This document shows positions 23,835 to 36,301 of a DNA stretch of 64,000 nucleotides, piece after piece (the stretch's first letter is position 1; the number at the start of each line of letters is the position of its first letter). Source of the DNA: Phoronis australis (taxonomy: Eukaryota; Animalia; Phoronida). A program made the translations under genes and the position numbers. The stretch covers positions 52,443-116,442 of the forward strand of contig NMRA01000346.1 in the NCBI GenBank assembly GCA_002633005.1, written 5' to 3'. The notes under the pieces were generated by a model. The model saw only the letters and a list, made by a program, of their open reading frames with translations. It did no database searches and was not told the origin of the DNA.

Positions 23835-25211
23835 TTGGGAATGTTGCTTCAAATTAACAGAGAAAAGACCAAATTTTACATCCCTCAAGAGTATCACCCT
23901 CTGTTGGCTGGCCAAAACTATATTTGTAACATTCATTTGTGCACTTGCACTTGTCTGTCATTTATTGTGGTAGGGCAACCATATTTTTGTAAACATCTGT
24001 ATGCTGTGTTATTCAAAAACCAGGAAAAGGACAAAAACAAGTTATATGAATTGTATATGAGTACTGTGCCTCATATTCCAGACTACTTGTCTTCCTACCT
24101 CAAACACCCATCCACTGCAAGTACTTCTGATTTATGGATTGATAATTTAAGGTCAATTTCTCATGAAATGTCTGATGACGATTTTGTACAGCTGCAGGCA
24201 AACGGAACACTCCTATCTGTTTTACACACTGATTACATTTGCAACAAATTTTCTTCAGGGAGACCAGCCAAAGTAATGCCACACAAATTTGGGTATAGAA
24301 GAAAATGTGGACCATTACCCGAAATGAAACCAATATCAGAACATGTTGAATCTAATTATGATCCTTACCGTCCTATTTTGCCATCCAAAGACAAGTCTAA
24401 GGAAGTGTTCTGTGGGCGGAGAACCAAGAGGCCATGTAAAAGGAAAAATGTTAACCAATTTGTTCAGTCTGGATTGAAAGCAATGGGAAGAGACATTTTG
24501 GCATCAAAAAAAAGAAAAATTGAAAATAGCTCACAAGCACTGGCTGTCCCTAACATTTCGTTAGACATATTAAGTGAACCGCCTGTGCTGTCACAAAATG
24601 ATAGTCAAAATTGTAAAAAAACTTCCTGTAATGATTCAGTGCCAAATGTGCTTTCCGAATTACAGGTATGCGACACATGCATCTTAGAAGGTGCTAAAAC
24701 ACCGTTCTGTTTTACTAATGAGGATAGCCTGAGCAAACACATTCAGTGCAAGCATAGGAAACGAAGATGCATGTATTGTTTTAAAGAAGGAGTGAATTGT
24801 ATTTTCAAAAATCTCCAAGAGTTCCGCAACCATCTCAAAGAGCATTCCATCACAGCTTCTACATTTGAGGAAAAGGATGCTTGTTTGTCTCGTATGTCTC
24901 ACTTTCCTATTAAAAAACTACAAGACTTGTCGAATTCCAAAAAACCTGGTTTGGCAAATATTGCAAAGCATAAACTTTCCTCTAAACCGTCAAAGTATAG
25001 GTCAAAAACAAGCCTGAAACATTTCTTCTGTTCCGTCTGCAAATTAGAATTTAAGGACCCAGATGAGGTAACTGAACCATTCATTCAATGTGACAAGTGC
25101 TACGACCGGTTTCACTTTAAATGTGCTAATGTTATTGAGGACAATCCACCTCCCCCTGAGGTGGAATGGTTTTGCCTAAGGTGTGACTCCATCATACAAT
25201 CAAATGAATGA
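23835..25211 (+). CDS. MULE transposase, part 2: SWIM zinc finger, two C2H2 fingers, C-terminal PHD finger
   Basis: CTCLSF...FCKHLYAV (SWIM); CDTC...HIQCKH and CMYC...HLKEH; CSVC...IQCDKCYDRFHFKC...WFCLRC (PHD C4HC3). Same frame as part 1. Confidence 0.85.
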   Translation: MGMLLQINREKTKFYIPQEYHPLLAGQNYICNIHLCTCTCLSFIVVGQPYFCKHLYAVLFKNQEKDKNKLYELYMSTVPHIPDYLSSYLKHPSTASTSDLWIDNLRSISHEMSDDDFVQLQANGTLLSVLHTDYICNKFSSGRPAKVMPHKFGYRRKCGPLPEMKPISEHVESNYDPYRPILPSKDKSKEVFCGRRTKRPCKRKNVNQFVQSGLKAMGRDILASKKRKIENSSQALAVPNISLDILSEPPVLSQNDSQNCKKTSCNDSVPNVLSELQVCDTCILEGAKTPFCFTNEDSLSKHIQCKHRKRRCMYCFKEGVNCIFKNLQEFRNHLKEHSITASTFEEKDACLSRMSHFPIKKLQDLSNSKKPGLANIAKHKLSSKPSKYRSKTSLKHFFCSVCKLEFKDPDEVTEPFIQCDKCYDRFHFKCANVIEDNPPPPEVEWFCLRCDSIIQSNE

Positions 25212-27289
25212 CTTAAGATAATAATTACCTCTTCAAAGAACTAGACACCTATTCATTTTTATTGTGCTTGACTGTTAATGAATCTCAATGTCGGATTCAG
25301 ATTTAATATACGTTGTGTAAGATATGCCTTGTCCAGCATTATGCGGCTCAAATGCATCGTCTGTTTCTGATCATAGCCTTTAACTTACTATTATAGGTAT
25401 CTGTTTTGTAATTTTATCAACTAATCACAACAGCAAACAGATTTAATTATAAGATACATGAAATTCTGGTTTCAATCTATCAGACTTCAAACTCCAACAT
25501 GACAACACTGACTATGACTAAAGTTGCCGGTTCAAAGGACTCCAGAACTATTACATGAACATGGTGATATTTTAAACTCTAAAGGACTTGGGTTAACAAT
25601 TCATGGTTTACTACTAAACATTGACAAAATGTTTAATAATTACTGTTTATCTACAGGTATTTCACTAATCATTGTAAAGCTTGATTTTAAGTTGATTACA
25701 AGACTTATTTTATTTTCAGATGGATAAGTTGTATTCTGTGCCACCTTAGTGGTCTTATTTATTATTTTCACATCACTTTAGATGCCAGTTTATTTCCAAA
25801 GTGCTCAAAAGATTGGAAAGTGTCTACAACAACGCAACTGATGTTTTTTGACATATTCTGCATCTAGTAGTAGTCAATATTTTATAACAATCAACATTCT
25901 TTTTCAGCACTCAATGTTTCTGTTGTTTTGGTATATATTATTTGTAATTGTATTTTAGGACAGAAATTCATATGATAATAATAAATATGTTCTGTTTCGG
26001 GGGGAGGGGTTGTTCATTTGGAAGGTGGTTGGTTGTTTTGAGCAATCACTGCTGAATGCATAACTCGAAGCCCTCTTTAGCAACATACACAGAACAAGAA
26101 AATAATGTTGTTCCATAAAAAAAACAAGTTTCACTTTATTTGAGATGTCAAAACTATTTCTTTTGTGAAATTATACTGTCTTTAATGGGCACCAATGTCT
26201 TCATAAATTGTAAGTCTAATATGTGTAAACTATGTATGTCAACATTGGTACTTGTACTCAACATGTTGCAACTGGTTGAAAATTGAGAGTTGTACAAGGA
26301 TAAGACATAAGGTAACAGTCGGATATGGCACATTTTGAGAACTAGTTTCTCCACTGAATAATAGGCATCAAACTGGTTCTTAAAAGTTAGGTTATGCAAT
26401 ATCCGAGTGTAGTACACTATTCAGAGCGTATGAGATTTTTACATCAAATTATGCCATGATCATTTTTATTCTTCCTCAGATGTTTGAGACTTCATTTATT
26501 CTGCAGGTGCCTGCTTTGAAAGATAAGTTTTATCAATGCTAATATTGTATGTCTATAGAAATACGGATCCTTAATGATGGGTTTTATGTGTCATGAAGCA
26601 ATGTAAAATAAAATGAGTCAACTGCAAATTACAAATTCTATGTTGTTTTCTCCTATGGTAAATACAATATTTCATGTTACAATTTAAGTTTTGTGGTGTT
26701 CAGCATATTGAAAATAGCCTACATTCTACTTTTGATTTTAAGCTTCATTGCACACTATTTATCTATAAGAAACTGAAAATTGAATGACACCTCAGTTTAC
26801 ACTTATGAAATGTTTATGTAATAATCTTTACATTTCCATTACTGACAAGAACTACCTGGACTAAAGAAACATCTTCAGAAATCACTGGAATTAGTATGGC
26901 CAATTCCTCACATTTGCAAATTGATTTATGTTTACACTGCATGTAATTAGGGCATAGAAAAATTCAATGAGGTGAACATGATGTTTCAAACCCAAGTCTT
27001 GACAACCATTGCAGTGTCAATCATACAAAACATTGTAGCAGTGCAACAACATCGACTTTGTGACCGACAGTGCAAGGCTGATTAATATGTAAAGTGTGCA
27101 TTTTACAACCCATTTACTTATCTCGGAGGTAATATTAGGCAATATGCGAGTTATATCCACTTGTGAAGACTAGGAGACATTGACGCGCATGTCATCAAAT
27201 ACGCTATCTGGTCGCTAGGTGTCGCGACTGGGTCGCGTTTGCAAGGTCTCGAGAGTTCATGACAGTTCAGAAAGTGTATGACTAGTCTC

Positions 27290-27386
27290 CTAACCTGGTT
27301 CCCGGGCCTCACAAGATGACGTCACGGATAACAACCAATCTCGTGGGTCTGTGAAGGAGACTTGTGAGGCCCGGGAACCAGGTTAG
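27290..27386. mobile_element. Short MITE with perfect 26-bp inverted termini
   Basis: ctaacctggttcccgggcctcacaag (27290-27315) pairs with cttgtgaggcccgggaaccaggttag (27361-27386). A direct repeat agtgtatgactagt lies at 27273-27286 and 27385-27398. Confidence 0.75.
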
Positions 27387-27526
27387 TGTATGACTAGTGG
27401 CCATATATACAGCAAAGATAGTCTGCGTTTTCCAAACTCGTTCGCCTGTGTGTTAAAGGCCACGCTTGGTTTCCCACTACACCAGTGGCGGATCTAGAAT
27501 ATCACAAGGGGGGGGCCCAACATTTN

Positions 27527-28939
27527 AACAGTCGGATATGGCACATTTTGAGAACTACCGTAATCGTTCTGGTTAACGCCCTGGGCGGTTAAATTGGCGA
27601 ATCCAAAAAATCGGGGGAAGGCGGTTAACCGAGCAGTGGGCGGTTAAATCGAAAATCCACTTAAAGTCGGGGATGGGCGGTTAACTGAGCATGGGCGTTA
27701 ACCCGAACGATTACGGTAGTTTCTCCACTGAATAATAGGCATCAAACTGGTTCTCAAAAGTTAGGTTATGCAATATCCGAGTGTAGTACACTATTCAGAG
27801 CGTATGAGATTTTTACATCAAATTATGCCATGATCATTTTTATTCTTCCTCAGATGTTTGAGACTTCATTTATTCTGCAGGTGCCTGCTTTGAAAGATAA
27901 GTTTTGTCAATGCTAATACTGTATGTCTACAGAAATACAGATCCTTAATGATGGTTTTTATGTGTCATGAAGCAATGTAAAATAAAATGAGTCAATTGCA
28001 AATTACAAATTCTATGTTGTTTTCTCTTATGGTAAATACAATATTTCATGTTACAATTTAAATTTTGTGGTGTTCAGCATATTGAAAATAGCCTACATTC
28101 TACTTTTGATTTTAAGCTTCATTGCACACTATTTATCTATAAGAAAATGGAAATTGAATGACACCTCAGTTTACACTGATGAAATGTTTATGTAATAATC
28201 TTTACATTTCCATTACTGACAAGAACTACCTGGACTAAAGAAACATCTTCAGAAATCACTGGAATTAGTATGGCCAATTCCTCACATTTGCAAATTGATT
28301 TATGTTTACACTGCATGTAATCAGGGCATAGAAAAATTCAATGAGGTGAACATGGTGGTTCAAACCCAAGTCTTGACAACCATTGCAGTGTCAATCAGAC
28401 AAAACATTGTAGCAGTGCAACAACATCGACTTTGTGACCGACTGTGCAAGGCTGATTAATATGTAAAGGGTGCATCTTACAAGCCATTTACTTATCTCGG
28501 AGGTAATAATAGGCAATATGCGAGTTATATCATGAGCATAAATGCCATGCAGTTGAACTATTTTCGTTTACACCTTTAATTTTTACAAATTATCAAAGAA
28601 TACAACTCACTGCAGTGCAGCAGGTTGAGTGCATAAAAACATAGTACTCGCTGATACTATCGACTGTTCAAATCTTGCGACATTACGTTTTTAATGCAGC
28701 CGCTCAAACACGCTGTTCATCTCTCAACAGCTTTATTTAAATTACTCTTACTTGACTAATCCCTCATTTCGTGCAATTCGAAAACAAAACCTCCATCGCA
28801 AGTGTTTACTTCTTGTATAAAATGCTCCTCCACTTGTGAAGACTAGGGGACATTGACGCGCATGTCATCAAAAACGCTATCTGGTCGCTAGGTGTCGCGA
28901 GAGTAAAAAAAGGTAATTTTGCGACTGGGTCGCGTTTGC
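27527..28939 (+). mobile_element. Second copy of the MULE right end with an intact TIR (28871-28939)
   Basis: Near-identical to 26314-27242 but has ~300 extra bp (~28532-28829), a MITE insertion, a complete TIR and a different 3' flank. Starts immediately after the N at 27526. Confidence 0.9.
27558..27716. mobile_element. 159-bp Tc1/mariner (pogo/Tigger-type) MITE with TA TSD
   Basis: TA-ccgtaatcgttctggttaacgccc ... gggcgttaacccgaacgattacgg-TA. The empty site gagaacTAgtttctcc is present in the other copy near 26343. Confidence 0.92.
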
Positions 28940-29418
28940 CCCACGGACCCTGGTAGAGTTCAGGAAGAGTTCATTGGGCTGTCTCGCGGTGAAAAAATCT
29001 AGCCAATCACGTGTTCTCTTTTGGAATACACTACAATATCCCGTGTAATCTCGCGAATTCTTGATTTTCTAGCGAGATCCTAGCGAGGTCCTAAATTTGG
29101 GTCATCCCGCTGGTCTTCGGGTCATGGATTTTGATGTCTTCTAGAACTTTTTTTAATTATTTCCCGTTGCAGTAGAAATTATGGTACCGCCAAAGACAAT
29201 TAGCGGGTTGTGTGGCTTTCACGTAGATTTCAGTGCCCACATTCAATGCCGTCGTATTCTACGCTAGAGGGCATTGTATGCAACATGGAAGCGGTCCGTT
29301 TCAAAATGTATAACCTAGGCACGCAAAAACTATGAACTATGTGTAACTTGTCCTTCTCTTATTTTGGTATGCAGTTGCTAGTCATTTATGCCAGGATTTT
29401 TGTTAAATCGGTTTTATN

Positions 29419-29627
29419 GCAGGCAGGCTCCGACGTAGCACTTAGTCGGGCCCCAGCCAAGCTGCCGGAGGCAGCGCAGGCAGGCTCCGACGTAGCACTT
29501 AGGCGGGCCCCAGCCAAGCTGCCGGAGGCAGCGCAGGCAGGCTCCGACGTAGCACTTAGGCGGGCACCAGCCAAGCTGCCGGAGGCAGCGCAGGCAAGCT
29601 CCGACGTAGCACTTAGGCGGGCCCCAG
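29419..29627. repeat. GC-rich minisatellite, 57-bp unit, ~3.7 copies, truncated by a gap
   Basis: gcaggcaggctccgacgtagcacttaggcgggccccagccaagctgccggaggcagc repeated next to the N at 29418. Confidence 0.92.
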
Positions 29628-32600
29628 GACTTAAACACCGTTTACAAAACGAATTCAAAATAAAATCATGATGTTTTAGAACATCAATGGTTTTTTGAGA
29701 TTACGTCTTTGAACATTTTCATCAAATGAAATTCGAACTTGTTATCGATAACGTTGTTTTGCCATTACTGTGCTTTTCTTTTCTTTTTCGCTAAATTTTA
29801 CTTAAGGGAATATTCTTGTGAGGCCATCATTATGAATATCAGACAAGTAAAAACCGAAATTTCAAATTTTACTTGGGTTTCTAGTTTCCGATAATATGAA
29901 CATTTAAGGAGTTAAAATATTTAATTTTGTAAAAAATTTAGCTAAAATCGCATACTTGGCAATAAAGTCCAAGCAACCTTCGAGGACGAATTTAACATAC
30001 GTGAGCCGAGGTCAGTGTATTTCATAGTGTGAAGTATACATTGAAAGAAATTTGGTTAGGAAAGTAAAAAGATGCCCCAACAAACTTGTAACTGAAGTGT
30101 AAAACATTTTAAATGCTTTTTTCTCATGAAAGTTGAACGGTAATACACTTTTCAACTCTGTTGTCAGTCCTATTAGTGGTACTGCAGGAACTTTTTGATG
30201 CACTGTAACCCGTCGTGACGTCGTGGTCCTGTATGGTCCCGTAAGGATTATAAACCTTATATTGATGATGTCGACCAATCCACTTTCTGTCACCTGCTTT
30301 GCATTTTTAGTGTAAATCTTCCAAAATAAAAGCAGGAACCAACTGAAAAAACTTATACTTCCTATCTCATAAATTGCACGTAGTGGTCCTTGACGGGTGG
30401 CCTTTTCCAAAGGTGTTGTGTAACTTGCTAAAAGCGTAGGTCACGCTTGCCCGTTTAGCAGAATTTGTTAGAAATTTTCAAGATTTCTTCAAGACTTATG
30501 AGGGTTGGCGATAAGTTACAAAGCATTATTCTGTTTCAGAGAACTGGATGGGGAAAGTCGTTTTTAGTATGTGTAAGTAGGCCAAAACCGAGTTTGGTAT
30601 CCTTTAAATGATAAACAAAGCCCAGCTATTTAACAAATGACAAAGTCGTTCAAATAAAATACAGCAATTAAGACTAAATGTAGTTCACTTCCGAGAAGGA
30701 ATATCATACAGGCGACCCGATTTGAGAGCCTATAGTGTATTTTATATTGACAAGATCTCCCAGTTATACAATTAACAACGCAATTTTTGAGAGACTGCAC
30801 TGAAACCAGTTGTGAAACCGTGTACTTGAATAAAGACGTATTCCTGAAGTAGATTTTTCACTTCGCTTTTCCAAATAAAACAAATGATTGATCAAGTTTT
30901 GATGGCTCATATGAGTACACACACGTAGTCAAAACCGGTAACTGCCAGAATACTGATTTACAGCTGAAAGGCACCATATCTTTGGCTCTGGTGTCATTCG
31001 TGTTAGTGGTCCTTCTGCACTTCTGGTACACTGTAACTGCTCGCGACGTCAGGTGTCGTGGGTAAATGGTACACTAGTCATCCAAAGTCCACTAGTTCGA
31101 CGACTTGCCAAGTCGCTAAAAATTGCACAATAAGAAGTGATCACCCTTATATGACCTGAATTCAGAAAACTTCAAGTGAGAAAGAATGTGTACAGAGTTT
31201 ATATGAAATTAAGGTATCCATGGGTCGCAAGGTTTGCAAGTCTAAAAATCCATAAATCTGAAGACTTATTCACACAATTACAAAAACCCACCGAAGGTTA
31301 TAAATTTGAACTTTCATGACACTAGGTTCCGAACAGTGATTTTGAGCAAAACGTTCAGGGATTTATTTGCACACGGCTGCTTGAAACCAGTTCTTCGAAG
31401 AGCCTGCGCCTCTCAAAACGGGATCCAAACATCAAGTTGGGCGATTCACTGTGTTGCTGTAGTTATTTACATGTTCGAAGTATGGTTTATCGCCGTCAAA
31501 GTTTTGCTGCTTGGCTGTCGTTGACTTTGAATCGCTGGTTTCTGGCATCATAGATCTTCGGACTAGTTTCGAACTAACTAGTTTTTTTCTTTCTGTCGGA
31601 TTTGTGAACCTTCGGCCTTATGATGCCTTTTTACTCATTTGTGGTATTATGAGAGTCATTCGAACTTGTGAACCTTTGGAGTATCGAGTTGTACCCTATT
31701 TATACTAATACAGTATGACATGCAAGCAACGTTAGATTACATAAACCCCCTGTTAGATTATCTTCTTAATTTTGGTCTTCCACCTTTCTTCCGTCTTGGT
31801 TATTCGTGGGTCGCAGCTTGTCGTTTATGTATGGGTATGACGTGCAAAGAGACAAAAACGTGCAGTAATGAAATTTACAGACAATCGGCAAATCAACTAT
31901 TGTTTTCAAGTTGACACTTCGAGATTAATAGAAAAATCTACCAAGGCAGTTATCGATCACGGGAACCATTGTTCTGATCCATATGTTGGGGGTCATCTTG
32001 ATGTGTTCCCGTTTTATGCATATCGGGATTCTACATATGTACGTGTCCCGGGTTCGGCATGACCAGTTTTCATTGCATTGGACGGAGTTCTATGTGTCCT
32101 GGTGTGGTAGCTGTGATTGTCCCCCTGCAGAGAATGTCCTAGCTGCATATAGTTGAATGCCGGTGTACTGGAACGTTAATCAGTGGATTAGCCGGATGCT
32201 TAATACACGCAAGCCGGACAATTTCTCCAAGGGGACAATGGCTACTTTCACACCGAGTTCTATGTGTCATTGGTGAGTGCTCGATGAGCCAAGAAAATTA
32301 ACATACCCAAGTTCGCCGTTTGCGACCTAGCCGAAATCTCTAAAACCAAAGGCGCATTTTCAAGAAGTGAGCTAGCATTCCAAAATTCCAGGGGGCATTG
32401 CTTTATCTGACTACGACCAGAATCCAATGCAACTAAGGAGAATGCATAAAAATAACACGTTACTTTATTACTTGTTGAACTTATGCCCTAAATCAGGATC
32501 GAAAAGCACCTGACAACTGTCAGGTGGGCCTAAATGGCAAATGTTGCTAAAACTTGCACACTCGTCCGCTTAGCGTCTGGACTATTACGCAAAACACCGG

Positions 32601-32759
32601 GACACAAAAACCCGGACAGATAGGATCCGGAGTCCATAAAACGGGACGCATGTTAGGGCCCTAGTTAGTATGTTAGTACAAATGTTAGTCGGGATTAGAA
32701 AGAGCGTTAAATTCAGCAAGTCAAGTAACAAACGTCTAGTGCAAGCTAATGATAATACA

Positions 32760-32990
32760 CTTGATAAAATAATTTACCCCAGCTCATGCTATGGAGCCGA
32801 AATATGGGGCTTACAAGAATACAACTGGTTAGAACAAGTGCAAATTAAATTTTGCAGGCGTGTATTGGGTTTAGCTAATTCATGCTGAAACAATGCTGCA
32901 CTGAGCGCATGTCGGCGGTTGCCGTTATTTACTAATCACTATGTTTCCGTGATCAGGTATTGGTTCAAACTTCTCAAAATGCCTCCTCGC
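32760..32990 (+). mobile_element. LINE ORF2 C-terminal remnant
   Basis: DKIIYPSSCYGAEIWG...LEQVQIKFCRRVLGL...*NNAALSACRRLPL...IRYWFKLLKMP, a typical post-RT signature with an in-frame stop. Confidence 0.7.
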
Positions 32991-33051
32991 GTGACTTTGA
33001 CCAAAATGGTCGACACTCCCGAAATTGAGCCACATCACTTAGACTTATACA

Positions 33052-34179
33052 GCCGATTTAATAAAGGTGGTTTAAAGTTAAACCTGGTTTAAACTGGACT
33101 TAGACCAGGCTTAAAGATAATCTGCATTTCATAAAGTGGCTTACCATTTAGACCAGTGGTCTAGTAAAACCTGGTTTAACTCCTATTTAGAACTGGTCTA
33201 AGTCAGTTTTCATTTCACCAACGAAGTCTATATTCTTTAGATCTGTATTAAGATCTTAAACCAGGTTTAACTTTAGACTTGGTCAGACCTAGGTTTAACT
33301 GTTAAATATGACAGACTTGCATGATATAGATGCAACTGAATGAGGCCGCGGTGTGCATTTACGACGCAGTTTTAGAGCGAAAATGGACCATTTTCAATGT
33401 TCAGTTTTACGACGACACAAGATCAAACGTAGCAGGGGCGGATCCACGAAAATTAAGGGGAGGGGGTCGGTCAAGGACTTTTTAAAAGGGGGGACCAAGT
33501 CAACAATTTGAATATTATAGATTTGAGCTCACTAAAATCAAGCAAAAAGAGAGTCCGGACCCCTTGGATCCGCCTATGTGTAGACCAGTTCGTGCTGGAT
33601 AGTGTCCTTCGGATTCTTCAGAATACGACTGGTCGAGCAGGGTGTCATCGTCATAAGTGCTACGTGTTTGACTGAAGACAGCATTTTATGATTCTTCTTA
33701 GTTCCACCTCCATTGGTCTCCGATTTAATGTTGCCGGGAAGGGGTCTTGTCACTAAAATGGCACGGAAATAAATTTGGACATTTATGATATTACGGCTAA
33801 TCGTGAGCATGTACTTTAATGTGTGTATACGTGTGGTGGTCACACACATTTTTCCTCATGAGAAAAGCTTTTACACCTTTTTCGCAAATGTCTGCACTGA
33901 TACTACTAGTGTGTGCCATTGTATACCCACGTGATCAAGGTTTCATTGAAGCACTTCAATAGTTTCTTTGTTGGGTTAATACAGATCGACACAGCAGGGT
34001 GGCTTAGATACTTTAAACTTGGTTTTACTAAACCGGCTCCCTGGTCTAACAAAATCAGGTTTTCAGACTTTTAAACCACGTTGGTGAAATGCAAATTGGG
34101 TCTAAACTTAGACCAGGTGTAGGAAGACCAGGTTTAAGTCTTAAATCTGGTTTTGTTAAACCACCTTTATGAAATCGCC
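33052..34179. mobile_element. Non-autonomous TIR element (PIF/Harbinger-like MITE) with subterminal motif arrays
   Basis: cgatttaataaaggtggtttaa at ~33054 pairs with ttaaaccacctttatgaaatcg ending at ~34177. Many tagaccagg/aaacctggtttaa motifs lie near both ends. The superfamily is inferred. Confidence 0.65.
33433..33578. mobile_element. Nested hAT-like MITE
   Basis: Termini caggggcggatcca / tggatccgcctatg; TSD not evident. Confidence 0.6.
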
Positions 34180-34359
34180 GGGCTGTTAATGTTTTACTAC
34201 ACGGTAGAGCTAACGGACGTCGGCCTGTGCACACAAAATATGTGAGTTAACCGGCACTCACCTTGCACGTTGCAGCGTTTTCAGTGAAAAACTATCTAGT
34301 AAACGCCATTTTCTTGCATAATCCTCCGCCTTTTGTAACAAAAAAGTCTATCGTCGATG

Positions 34360-34850
34360 ACCCGCACACGCACGCTCACTCACTCTCATACGCAGACGAA
34401 CATCAAAACAAACGTCACGTGACAACAACGTGTGTTCATCCAGAGATTTTTCTCGTGTTGTGGGGTACGATGTAGCGCAGATTTGGACTTAATCGCAATT
34501 AATCTGGACTCCACATGAACGTTAAAAATTGTAAAACATAAGGAAGATTTCAGGTAATTTGTTGAGTCGAAACTATATTTTTATTCAAGAATTCAAGTTT
34601 TCCTATTGACGATCGCGATTCAGCGACGTATCAGTCGGCAAGTTTTCGCCCAAGGATTTCAGCACAATTTTTTGAAAAATGATCGTAATTTAACAACGGA
34701 GTTTGATAGCAATGCACCACAATTTTGTAGAAAGACTGTCATAGGCTACAAATACGTCACAGAGCGTAAATTTGATGAATCCTAGCTTCCGATTTTACCC
34801 GTTTCGGAAACCGAGTTTCAACTGCCTCAGGCTACAATAAGCGTCCCCTC
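34360..34850 (+). repeat. Dispersed repeat, copy 1 of 3 (pogo/Tigger-like non-autonomous family)
   Basis: Collinear with 39200-39730 and 42225-42640 (caaacgtcacgtgacaacaac...ggatttcaggtaatttg...gatcgtaatttaacaac). Confidence 0.8.
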
Positions 34851-35469
34851 CCCGTGAAATGAAATTTTCTAAGCGTTTATTAGAGCCAATGCAGAATACA
34901 GCTTTCCACCAAGGCTACGACATTATTCTTTGTTGCATTAGTTAACTGGTCTTGGCTAATTATCATTTTATGGCCTGGTCATCCATTCAGCCAAAAGTAG
35001 TTCCATAGGTGGCTTATCAGCCAATTATTCACGCATGCTGACTCACAATAGAAGCCTGATAAGAGTGAAGGTGGATAAATGCGATGTTCCTGCAGTTTCT
35101 TGTGTTAGTGGATGTGTTCACGACATGTTCGATCCCGGTCTCAGGCCCGTAGGAAGGTAAACAAGGGGCACACACGAATTAGACTTCGCCAAGCTTTCCT
35201 CACCCTCCTTTCTTATTACCCAACTCCGCCCACCCCCGCCCCCAAACTGAGGACCCCCGCCCCCAATCTGCGCATGTGGCCAATTTTGTACCGACCAGCC
35301 CCTACGCCCGCTACATGTGGTGGACAAATCTCGGGGACTGGCAGCCATCAGAACTTGAGTAAATCATACTGGTTGACAAATGTTCTCTTTAATATTAGCT
35401 TTTCTCCATGTTTCGCTGTCGTTCTGTTATCGTGAGCACATGTTGGGCGAGGAAAAGTGCGAAGCCGGT

Positions 35470-35660
35470 TGAAAGATACAATCAGTAGGCTACCGCTGGA
35501 AGATAACCAGTAAGCTACCGTTGGAAGATACAACCAGTAGGCTACCGCTAAATGATACAACCAGTAGGCTACCGCTAAAAGATACAACCAGTAGGCTACT
35601 GCTGGAAGATACAACCAGTAGGCTACTGCTGGAAGATAACAAGTAGGCTACCGCTGGAAA
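35470..35660. repeat. Minisatellite, ~27-bp unit, ~7 copies
   Basis: gaagatacaaccagtaggctaccgctg and variants. Confidence 0.9.
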
Positions 35661-36301
35661 ATTAGATTGCAAGAAAGCTAAAAAAAAAAAAATCATGAAG
35701 ACGTGTCTAAGAAAATTCGCAACTTGAAGAATGAATCACGGAAAAGCATATTCGTCAAAGATGGCTTACAGCTAGCCCAGCAGATCCAACACTACCTTTC
35801 TAGATTTGCCACTATCGGTAAATGTGGAAAACAGAGACAGTTTGATTCAGAAGGTGTAACTGACGAAAAGACAGTCTACCATCAAAGATGTGATAATATA
35901 AATTTGAAAACTGAATACATGGACTCTGAAAGTGATCCATGTGAGTTAAATGGGTTGACACAATACAGTGGCTGGGGCCATAAATACTCTGAACAGTCTA
36001 CTACATTCAATAGTTGGTTATCACAAGCAAAGCTTGTTGCAGCACAGTAGTTGCGTGCGTTGTCTGAAGCTTTGTCGGTACGAGAATTGCTAAGTACAAA
36101 GCATTTTCAGTGTGGCCACTAAATTTAGAGGTACGGCCAGAGTATTGCCTAACCAATATATTGTTGCAAAATGAATTCCTTTTCTGCTCACCAGTTCGCT
36201 GCAAAAATGGGCATAACCCGAACTGAACCAATGAGTCAGTAGACTTTTTCCCAGCACGACGCACTTTATATAGAAAAAGTTTTTCACATTTGGATACAAT
36301 T

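Larger units (their letters stand above)
13365..27242 (+). mobile_element. ~13.9-kb Mutator-like (MULE) DNA transposon with cargo gene
   Basis: Left TIR 13365-13432 and a right TIR ending at 27242 (24-bp internal deletion) lie on one gap-free stretch. The element encloses a MULE DDE + SWIM transposase. No target-site duplication (TSD) was seen. Confidence 0.8.

Noticed and set aside
20346-25211. Zisupton/KDZ, Helentron or viral identity for the large ORFs
   Set aside because: No Rep/helicase, capsid or polymerase motifs. The D...D...CxxH...E order followed by SWIM, together with G-starting TIRs, fits MULE.
29339-29671. Ala-rich repeat protein ORFs on both strands
   Set aside because: A 57-bp GC-rich tandem repeat open in several frames and crossing an assembly N; no splice or homology support.
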